A stretch of DNA of 64,000 bases from Alkalispirochaeta sp. (GTDB lineage Bacteria > Spirochaetota > Spirochaetia > DSM-27196 > Alkalispirochaetaceae): positions 4,768,001-4,832,000 of the forward strand of contig OZ271854.1 in NCBI GenBank assembly GCA_965601925.1. The letters are read 5' to 3'. Shown here piece after piece: positions 1 through 7,581 of the stretch. The position numbers and the translations under genes were made by a program. The notes beneath the pieces are model-generated. The model saw nothing but the letters and a program-made list of their open reading frames with translations, had not been told where the DNA came from and did no database searches. Every line of letters starts with the position of its first letter. Within the stretch, counting starts at the first letter, position 1.

Positions 1-2
1 TT

Positions 3-209
3 TCGCGACAACAGGTCGAGACGCTCCCCGGTTACGACGACAAACGTCCGGTCTTCGTCGGTCATTATTGGCTCACGGGGCCACCGGCTCCCCTCGACGA
101 TCGCGTCGCGTGCGTCGACTACAGCGTTGCGCGCGGAGGGAAGCTCTGCGCCTATCGCTACGACGGAGAACTGCCGTTATCGAGTCGACAGTTCGTTTGC
201 GTGACATAA
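3..209 (+). CDS. Metallophosphoesterase (ApaH/PPP-like), C-terminal part; 5' end lies outside the window
   Basis: Not in the ORF track. Manual translation of frame +3 gives ...RPVFVGHYWLTGPPAPLDDRVACVDYSVARGGKLCAYRYDGE...TAA at 207-209; GH(Y/W) and 'ACxDYSVA.GG.L.AYR.DGE' match this family's C-terminus. Confidence 0.7.
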   Translation, partial: SRQQVETLPGYDDKRPVFVGHYWLTGPPAPLDDRVACVDYSVARGGKLCAYRYDGELPLSSRQFVCVT

Positions 210-279
210 AGCGCAGCGCGAACGACGCTCCCTGCGCGCGACGACGCGGACGACCGGACTCCATTGCCGTCGGGAGGCG

Positions 280-1563
280 TTATCCGGCCGCCGCAAACCC
301 TTTCTCCAGGTCCTCCACGATGTCGTCGATGTGCTCCAACCCTATCGACAGACGGACGAGTTCCGGCGGCAGATTGGCGCCGCGTTGCTGCTCCTCCGAA
401 AGCTGGCTGTGGGTCGTGCTCGCGGGATGGATCGCGAGACTCTTAGCGTCGCCGACGTTGGCAACGTGGCTAAAGAGCTCGAGGGCGTTGATGAACCTCT
501 CACCGGCGGCCCGGCCCCCTTTTATTCCGAACGTCACCATACCGCCGAATCCCTTTTTCAGGTACTTCACGGCGTTGTCGTGACCGGGACTTCCGGGGAG
601 GCCCGGATACCATACCCACTCAACCTTCGGGTGGTTTGAAAGGTACTCCGCCACCTTGGCGCCGTTATCGCTGTGCCGTTGCATACGCAGCGGCAGCGTC
701 TCGAGGCCTTGCGAGAAGATCCAGGCGTTGTCCGGGCTTATCGCCGCGCCGAGATTGCGCAACGGAACGAGTCGCATCCTGAGAATATAGGCCAGTGGAT
801 TTAAATCTCCCAGGTCGTACGCGTACCGTACTCCGTGGTAACTGGTGTCCGGCTCCACCAAATTGGCGAACTTCGGATCGTCCCAGTCGAACGCGCCGCT
901 GTCGATGACCGCACCGCCGATCCCCGCGCCGTGGCCTCCGATCCACTTGGTAAGGCTGTGAACCACAATATCCACGCCGTGATCGATGGGGCGCAGAAGG
1001 TAGGGAGTGGTAAAGGTGGCGTCGACGATCACCGGAAGTCGCTTGGAATGAGCAATTTCACCGATCGCCTCGAAATCGGGCACCGCGAGAATGGGATTAC
1101 CGATCGTCTCGAGATAGACCGCCCTCGTCTTTTCGTTAATCGCCGAGGCGAGCTCCTCGAGGTTCAACGGATCGACAAGACGCACGGTAATCCCGTATCG
1201 CGGGAGAATATCGTTGAACATGGTGTAGGTGCCGCCGTAGAGATACTTGGAGGAGACGATTTCATCTCCGGCGCGCGCAAGATTGATGATCGAATAGTAC
1301 ACAGCACTCGTGCCTGAGGCGAGGGCCAATGACGCCGTACCGCCCTCGAGTGCCGCCAGCCGCTCCTCCAGGACGTTCTGCGTCGGGTTGTGAAGTCGCG
1401 TGTAGATGTAGCCGAGCTCTTTGAGAGCGAACAGGTTCGCGGCGTGCTCGGCATCGCGAAAGTTGTACGCCGTGGTCCGATGAACCGCGATACCGCGGCT
1501 CGGGGCGGCATCATCCCTAGTCTGTCCGGCGTGCAGGGCCAAGGTCTCAAAACGATAACTCAT
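280..1563 (-). CDS. metY: O-acetylhomoserine/O-acetylserine sulfhydrylase (Cys/Met metabolism PLP enzyme)
   Basis: FETLALHAGQ, GYIYTRLHNPT, PLP-lysine motif HSLTKWIGGHG, ANVGDAKSLAIHPASTTHSQL; AGGAGG SD before the ATG at 1563. Confidence 0.92.
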   Translation of the reverse strand: MSYRFETLALHAGQTRDDAAPSRGIAVHRTTAYNFRDAEHAANLFALKELGYIYTRLHNPTQNVLEERLAALEGGTASLALASGTSAVYYSIINLARAGDEIVSSKYLYGGTYTMFNDILPRYGITVRLVDPLNLEELASAINEKTRAVYLETIGNPILAVPDFEAIGEIAHSKRLPVIVDATFTTPYLLRPIDHGVDIVVHSLTKWIGGHGAGIGGAVIDSGAFDWDDPKFANLVEPDTSYHGVRYAYDLGDLNPLAYILRMRLVPLRNLGAAISPDNAWIFSQGLETLPLRMQRHSDNGAKVAEYLSNHPKVEWVWYPGLPGSPGHDNAVKYLKKGFGGMVTFGIKGGRAAGERFINALELFSHVANVGDAKSLAIHPASTTHSQLSEEQQRGANLPPELVRLSIGLEHIDDIVEDLEKGFAAAG

Positions 1564-1725
1564 GCATTCTCCTCCTCTTCTTCGGCGTATGGCCGTCATG
1601 AACGTATTTAACTCTTTTCCGACCGCATCGCTCCGCTACGCCCGGGACTCTCGCATCGACTCGTCACGTCGCTCCGACGGACGGGCACACCATCCTCGCT
1701 ACCGATTGCAGCCGATAATCGCCGA

Positions 1726-2166
1726 TCAAATGACGTAGTCGATCGTCCTGAGCGACTCCTGCCATCGCATCATCGCATCGGCGATGGTCGTCTCCTCGAG
1801 TCGGACGGCCAACTCGGCGGAGAGAGCGTCGATAACCGCCGCCTCGGGGTGTCGCGCGGTATCGTTGTTCCCGTGCACGGCGTCGCTCAACCGGGCGAGC
1901 AACTCACCTTCGACCGCCGCGACGACATCGACGAGCTTGGTTGTCGAAGGTTCGGCGGCGAGCTCGTACCCTCCCGTCGCTCCTTTGGTACTCCGCACCA
2001 GCCCCGCCGAACGGAGGTCGCCGAGAATCGTCTCGAGGTATTTGGGCGGGATATCGTACTCCTCGGCGATGGCGCGGGCGGAGATACGATGCTCTCGCCG
2101 AGCCGACAACGCGGTGAGAACCCGTATGGCATAGCGTAACTTCTGCGACAAAATACCATAATTCAT
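1726..2166 (-). CDS. Rrf2-family transcriptional regulator, CymR-like (no cysteines)
   Basis: RYAIRVL...IPPKYLETIL..L..AGLVRSTKGATGGYELA winged HTH; directly upstream of metY; ends in DYVI. Confidence 0.88.
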   Translation of the reverse strand: MNYGILSQKLRYAIRVLTALSARREHRISARAIAEEYDIPPKYLETILGDLRSAGLVRSTKGATGGYELAAEPSTTKLVDVVAAVEGELLARLSDAVHGNNDTARHPEAAVIDALSAELAVRLEETTIADAMMRWQESLRTIDYVI

Positions 2167-2206
2167 ACCTGATTAAGGGTATATAATGTCTTATTCTTTT
2201 TGTCAA
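2165..2206 (-). promoter_or_regulatory. Sigma70-type promoter of rrf2-metY with overlapping inverted repeat (candidate auto-operator)
   Basis: Minus strand TTGACA (2206-2201), 17 bp, TATACC (2183-2178); palindrome ATACC-N8-GGTAT at 2165-2182. Confidence 0.55.
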
Positions 2207-2294
2207 GCACTCCCGTTACACATCGGTCCCGTCGCAGAGAAAAGTGTAATGTTCTGGTAATGAACTCGACTGGACGGACGGACTACGTCGACGT

Positions 2295-5186
2295 ATGTTT
2301 GGGCCCATGATTTTTCGTCCTATCCGATACCGTTTGATACCGACGGTGTGGCTGTTGCTTGCGGCGCTGTCGCTTCCGGGGTTGTACGCCCTCTCTGTTG
2401 ACGACACGTTGCCCTTCCACTCTCACGTGGAACGTGGGACTCTGGATAACGGTCTGGAATATTTCGCCCTCGAGCATCCGCATCCCCGAGACCGGCTCAT
2501 TTTACGCTTGGTCGTCGACGCGGGAAGCGTGCTGGAGACGGACGCCCAAAGAGGATTAGCACACTTCGTCGAGCATATGGCGTTCAACGGTACCGAGGAG
2601 TTCGGCGAGACCGAGCTCGTCGCATATCTCGAGAGTTTGGGCGTCCGATTCGGACCGGACGTCAACGCATACACCAGCTTCGACGAGACGGTGTACATGT
2701 TGGAAATTCCCACCGATGACCCGGAGGCGCTGCGGACCGGTTTTCGTGTTATGCAGCAGTGGGCCGGCGCGGTACGTTTCGATGCGGACGCCATCGAACG
2801 CGAGCGGGGAGTTATCGTCGAGGAGTGGCGCGGCGGCCGTGGCGCGGCACGTCGTATGCTCGAAGAACACATTCCGGTGATTCTCGCCGAGTCCCGCTAC
2901 GCCGACCGACTGCCGATCGGTGTCTTGGACGTCATCCGCACCGCGCCGCGCGACGAGTTTATTCGGTTCTACCGGCGGTGGTACCGCCCCGATAACATGG
3001 CGTTCATCGCCGTGGGCGACCTTCCGGCGCACCGTACAACCGAACTCATCGAGGAGTATCTCTCCGATCTGCCGCGCCCAACCGCGAGTCTTGCCCGCCC
3101 GGTCTACACCGTGCCGCGCCAGGGCGGCACACGGGTGAGTATCGCCTCCGATCCCGAGGCGGCGCAGCACACCGTTTCGATATACATTCTCGACGATCCG
3201 CGTCCCTTCACGACCGTCGGCGACTACCGCGAACTGTTGGTACGATCTCTGTTTTCCTCGATCGTCAACGAACGCATGCGCAATATCGCTCGTGACCCCG
3301 ACTCTCCGATCACCGGCGGCGGTGTCGGGTACAACCGCTTCTTGCGCGATACGGAGATCGCCGTCGGGACCGCCGTTGTGCGGGACGATCGCGTCACCGA
3401 GGCGCTGGAAGTACTCATGACGGAGATCGAACGGGCGCGACGTTACGGTGTGCTCGAGAGCGAACTGGAACGGGCACGAAGTCGTTTTTTTCAGTCCATC
3501 GAAGACGCGCGAGTTAACTTCTCGAGTCGTCCGTCGGCGTCTTTGGCCGGCGAACTGACGCGCCACTGGACCGAGGGCGAGGCGGTACCCGGAATCGAGT
3601 TCGAATACCGCCTGTATCGCGAGCTCCTCCCCGGCATATCGGTCTCCGAGGTGAGCGAGGTCGCCCGCGACTTCGTACGGGAGGACGGACGAGTCGTATT
3701 GGCGAACGTGCGCGAGGGCGTCGACGGCCGGCTCCCGGACGGTACTCCTCTCCCCTCCGAGGAGGAGCTCCTGGCGGTGGTACGTACCGCCTCATCGATC
3801 GCACTCGCTCCCCCACGGGATGATGACGCCGGTGCGACGCTAATGGCGGACTCGCCGCGAGGCGGCACGGTCGTCGCGACGCATGAACATCCGGCGGTGG
3901 AGGTGTTCGAGTACCATCTTTCCAACGGCATGCGCGTATTCGTACGATCCACCGATTTTAGCGAAGACGAGATTCTCTTTTCCGCCTACAGCCCGGGAGG
4001 GCTGGCGTTGGTGAGCGACTCCTCGGTCGCTGCGGCGCAACTGGCCACCGACGTCGCCTCCGAGAGCGGTCTGGGCGCGTTGGATGCAAGCGCCCTGGAG
4101 AACGCTCTTGCGGGAAGGTCGGTGACCTTCACCACGTCGATGGGCCGCACATCGGAGGGAATGGCCGGAAGTAGCCGTGCGGAGGACTTGGAGACGCTCT
4201 TCCAGATGATCAACCTCGCCTTTACCGAACCGCGATTTGACGAACGTGCTCTGGAAAACGTTCGCCGCGGAGCACTGCAGGCGTTGCGCGGCGCCGCCGC
4301 CTCGCCGCAAGGTCGCTTTTCCACGACGTTGCAGGAGGCGTTCGCCGCCGGAGATCCACGTCTTCGCGTGTCGCGCGAAGAGGAGATCGCGGCCGTCACA
4401 CTCGAAGATATTCGCCGCGTGTACCGCGACAGATTTGCAAATCCCTCGGACTTTGCGCTCTTTTTCGTGGGCAGCGTCGCCCCCGAGGAGATAGCACGCC
4501 TCGCCGCACACTACCTGGCGGGCATCGGCTCGACCGGAGGCGGGGACCGACCGTGGGCCGCGCCGCGAGACGACGCCGGCTTCATCGAGACGGTGGACGC
4601 CAACCCGTACCCGAGGCCCGAAGGCGTGGTATTGGAGGAGGTTCGCGCCGGAGCCGAACCGGTGGCGCAACTCGCGATGGTGCTTCACGGGCCGTACCAG
4701 TGGTCGCGAGAAGAGAACCACCGTTTCAACAGTCTTGCCGATTACCTCGACATACGCATGCGCGAGGTCATCCGCGAGGACGCCGGTGGTGCGTACAGCG
4801 TCGGCGCGGGCGGATGGCGCTGGCGCCGTCCCGAGGAGTGGGCTTTTATGCAGGTCGCCTTCGGCCTTTCGCCCGATCGCGTGGAAGAGCTGCGAACGCT
4901 CGCACTTGAGGTAATCGAGGAGGTGCGGACAACCGCCCCTACCGAGAACTACCTGGAGCGAATCAAGGCGCAGCAGCGCGACACCTGGGAACAGAGTGTG
5001 CGCGAGAACGGTTACTGGCTCTCGACCATCGCCTTTTTCGTGGAGCACGGCCGTAATCTGGCGGATATCTCCGACTTCCCGGCGCTCTTGGATTCCCTCA
5101 CCGCCGACGATATCCTGGACTCCGCCCGGCGTTACCTCGATCCCGAGAGACGGATCGAAGTACTCCTCCTCCCGGCGGATGGGTAG
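2295..5186 (+). CDS. M16 (insulinase/PqqL-like) zinc metalloprotease with signal peptide
   Basis: Inverted zinc motif HFVEH, NAYTSFDETVY, ERERGVIVEEWR, FYRRWYRPDNM; two-half architecture; start may be 2307. Confidence 0.92.
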   Translation: MFGPMIFRPIRYRLIPTVWLLLAALSLPGLYALSVDDTLPFHSHVERGTLDNGLEYFALEHPHPRDRLILRLVVDAGSVLETDAQRGLAHFVEHMAFNGTEEFGETELVAYLESLGVRFGPDVNAYTSFDETVYMLEIPTDDPEALRTGFRVMQQWAGAVRFDADAIERERGVIVEEWRGGRGAARRMLEEHIPVILAESRYADRLPIGVLDVIRTAPRDEFIRFYRRWYRPDNMAFIAVGDLPAHRTTELIEEYLSDLPRPTASLARPVYTVPRQGGTRVSIASDPEAAQHTVSIYILDDPRPFTTVGDYRELLVRSLFSSIVNERMRNIARDPDSPITGGGVGYNRFLRDTEIAVGTAVVRDDRVTEALEVLMTEIERARRYGVLESELERARSRFFQSIEDARVNFSSRPSASLAGELTRHWTEGEAVPGIEFEYRLYRELLPGISVSEVSEVARDFVREDGRVVLANVREGVDGRLPDGTPLPSEEELLAVVRTASSIALAPPRDDDAGATLMADSPRGGTVVATHEHPAVEVFEYHLSNGMRVFVRSTDFSEDEILFSAYSPGGLALVSDSSVAAAQLATDVASESGLGALDASALENALAGRSVTFTTSMGRTSEGMAGSSRAEDLETLFQMINLAFTEPRFDERALENVRRGALQALRGAAASPQGRFSTTLQEAFAAGDPRLRVSREEEIAAVTLEDIRRVYRDRFANPSDFALFFVGSVAPEEIARLAAHYLAGIGSTGGGDRPWAAPRDDAGFIETVDANPYPRPEGVVLEEVRAGAEPVAQLAMVLHGPYQWSREENHRFNSLADYLDIRMREVIREDAGGAYSVGAGGWRWRRPEEWAFMQVAFGLSPDRVEELRTLALEVIEEVRTTAPTENYLERIKAQQRDTWEQSVRENGYWLSTIAFFVEHGRNLADISDFPALLDSLTADDILDSARRYLDPERRIEVLLLPADG

Positions 5187-6771
5187 CGCTCAGGCGGCCG
5201 TCGGGACGGGGCGATCCGCCGCCTCTTCGGGGCCGACGCACGAGCGAGAAACCGATACCGCGATCCTCATCTATCCACACCAACTGTTTCACGACCATCC
5301 GGCGTTGGCTCGCGATCGCGCGGCGCCGGTCTATCTGGTGGAGGACCCCCTTTTCTTCTCGCAATACCGCTTTCATCCGCTGAAAATACGCTACCACCGT
5401 CTGTCTATGGCCGCCTATCGGAGACAACTGGAATCCGAGGGTCGTACGGTGCGCCTCGTTCGCTCGCGAGAGCTCCCGTCCTCCGGTGACATCGTATCGC
5501 TTCTGAGCAATCGAACCGGAAGGGTCCTCGTCGTCGACCTCGCGGACGATTGGCTCTCGAGAGGACTCCACCGCGCCGCCCGGGAGCGCGACATCACGGT
5601 CGAGACGTTGGACTCACCCGGATTTCTCCTCCGCGGCGATGAGATCACTGAGGCGGCGGGAGACGGCGACACCCTCCGTTTGGCGCCGTTTTATCGGCAT
5701 ATGCGCCGTCGTAACGCGATACTGGTCGATTCCAACGGAGCGCCCGTCGGTGGTCGTTGGAGCTTTGACGCCGAAAACCGGAGAAAGATCCCGTCCGACC
5801 ACCAACCTCCCCCGGCATCGACCGATACTCACGGCGGTGAAGCGCGTTCAATCGCTCTGGAGCTCGCTCGCGAGGTCCCGTTTACCGGTGAAGGAGGACC
5901 GTTCGGCGGCGCGCACCGTTGGGAGGAGCTTCCGCCCTACCCCTTTACGCGCGGCGATGCGCTCCGCTGGCTGGAAGAGTTTCTCTCACGGAGGCTTGCA
6001 CGTTTCGGTACCTACGAGGACGCGATCGACCGGCGCGACGATCGATGGTACCACTCGGTTCTCACACCGATGTTGAACGCAGGACTACTCACCCCAGAGG
6101 AGACGTTGCGCCGTACCATGGAGACGGCCGAACGCGCTCGGAGAGACGGACGCCCCATTCCACTCAACTCCCTGGAAGGTTTCGTCCGTCAGATCGTGGG
6201 GTGGCGCGAGTTTATGCGCGTAGCCTACCATCTACGGGGACGGCAGATGCGAAGCTGCAATATATGGGGCCACCACCGGGCGATGCCGGCGTCCTTCTAC
6301 GATGGGACGACCGGTATCGTCCCCTTCGATCGTGTCGTGAAGAAAACCGTACGTCTCTCGTGGGCCCATCACATCGAGCGTCTTATGGTGGCGGGAAATC
6401 TGATGCTCCTCTGCGAGATCGATCCTCACGCCGTCTATCGGTGGTTTATGGAGATGTACGTCGACGCGTACGACTGGGTCATGGTGCCCAACGTCTACGC
6501 GATGAGCCAATATGCCGACGGGGGCACGATAACCACGAAGCCGTACATCAGCGGAAGCAACTACATTCGCAAAATGTCGGACGAGGAGGCGGGACCGTGG
6601 CAGGAGGTGTGGGACGGCCTCTACTGGCGCTTCCTCGCCCGACATCGCGACCTGTTCGCGGCCAACCGACGCTCGGCGATGATGGTGCGCGCCCTCGATC
6701 GACTGGATCGGACACGAAAGGAGCGCATCATCGCTCGGGCCGACGAATTTCTTGCGGCGCTCGGCGAATAG
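5179..6771 (+). CDS. Photolyase/cryptochrome-related protein, prokaryotic (6-4) photolyase group
   Basis: ILIYPHQLF N-terminus, FGTYEDAI, LNSLEGFVRQIVGWREF, AHHIERLMV, DAYDWVMVPNV, ADGG..TTKPYISGSNYI; ATG 5179 overlaps the end of the M16 gene. Confidence 0.9.
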   Translation: MGSAQAAVGTGRSAASSGPTHERETDTAILIYPHQLFHDHPALARDRAAPVYLVEDPLFFSQYRFHPLKIRYHRLSMAAYRRQLESEGRTVRLVRSRELPSSGDIVSLLSNRTGRVLVVDLADDWLSRGLHRAARERDITVETLDSPGFLLRGDEITEAAGDGDTLRLAPFYRHMRRRNAILVDSNGAPVGGRWSFDAENRRKIPSDHQPPPASTDTHGGEARSIALELAREVPFTGEGGPFGGAHRWEELPPYPFTRGDALRWLEEFLSRRLARFGTYEDAIDRRDDRWYHSVLTPMLNAGLLTPEETLRRTMETAERARRDGRPIPLNSLEGFVRQIVGWREFMRVAYHLRGRQMRSCNIWGHHRAMPASFYDGTTGIVPFDRVVKKTVRLSWAHHIERLMVAGNLMLLCEIDPHAVYRWFMEMYVDAYDWVMVPNVYAMSQYADGGTITTKPYISGSNYIRKMSDEEAGPWQEVWDGLYWRFLARHRDLFAANRRSAMMVRALDRLDRTRKERIIARADEFLAALGE

Positions 6772-6841
6772 GCCGCCCGGGTCGATATCACCGATCCGGA
6801 TAGTAACCCGGCAACGCGAGGCGTAGAGATCGAGCGTTGCA

Positions 6842-7453
6842 TCAAAATCTAAATCCGAAATGAAGACCGGGTTCAAAAAGATAGTAGTTGGGGGCGTCGT
6901 CTTCCACTGCCGAGAAACTTTCAGGAAAATTGGTATTTATGGGCCAATAGTTAAAGGCCACGGAGGGTTCGATGAACCAGCGTTCACGAAAGAGCTGGAA
7001 ACGATATCCCAGGCGAAGCTGGAGAAACAACTGAAAACCGCCTTGGATTCTTTCATCCTCCTCGTTATAAAACTGCTGAAAGAAGGGAGTCGCTTGGATC
7101 GTAGAGTACAGCCCCTTCCAGAAGAAACGTTGGTATCCGATACCGACACCGGCGGCTCTGATTTTGCCGGGATACTCCTCTTCCGAGGAGCCGTATGTTC
7201 CGAGGGGTTCGTAATAGGTCCACGTTATCGCCTCCAGTACAAGGACATCGCGCGGGGAAACGTGGTAGCCGAAGTTTATCTGGAGAAAATAGGGTGGATC
7301 TCCCGGAGCGACGTTGCCCAGGAGGAAGAGCGTGCTTCCCAGAAAGCACGGCCGGTGCGTATTCTGCTCCGTATCTGTCGTTTCCCGACCAAACAACGCC
7401 GAAACAGACAGACTAAACATCAAAACCGTCGCCAAAGCTCTTCCGTATCTCAT
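6842..7453 (-). CDS. Hypothetical secreted protein, probable small outer-membrane beta-barrel
   Basis: Signal peptide, alternating aromatic/hydrophobic strands, C-terminal GLHFGFRF; GGGAG SD. Confidence 0.65.
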   Translation of the reverse strand: MRYGRALATVLMFSLSVSALFGRETTDTEQNTHRPCFLGSTLFLLGNVAPGDPPYFLQINFGYHVSPRDVLVLEAITWTYYEPLGTYGSSEEEYPGKIRAAGVGIGYQRFFWKGLYSTIQATPFFQQFYNEEDERIQGGFQLFLQLRLGYRFQLFRERWFIEPSVAFNYWPINTNFPESFSAVEDDAPNYYLFEPGLHFGFRF

Positions 7454-7561
7454 AGAGAACTCCCGTATTACGTAAAGGCTCCCGGCAGATCTTGCCGAGT
7501 CGCTCCACCGCAGGCGTTATTCCTATGAGGAACAGCGTAGACCGATACATGGTGAGCCAAC

Positions 7562-7579
7562 ATCACCAGATGTGGTGAT
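7562..7579. promoter_or_regulatory. Inverted repeat ATCACCA-N4-TGGTGAT, candidate operator of the adjacent MalT-like LuxR regulator
   Basis: Perfect 7-bp arms; lies just past the regulator stop and upstream of a -10-like TACGCT (7539-7534, minus) for 6842..7453. Confidence 0.6.
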
Positions 7580-7581
7580 TT

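Noticed and set aside
68..583. 171-aa plus-strand ORF and the many long antisense or alternate-frame ORFs (e.g. 3840..5048, 29091..30164, 55200..56177)
   Set aside because: Shadow ORFs of a GC-rich genome; they overlap well-supported genes and show no motifs.
1564..1725. Possible SAM riboswitch or T-box upstream of metY
   Set aside because: No SAM-I core or T-box motif and no terminator found; the Rrf2 gene explains regulation.
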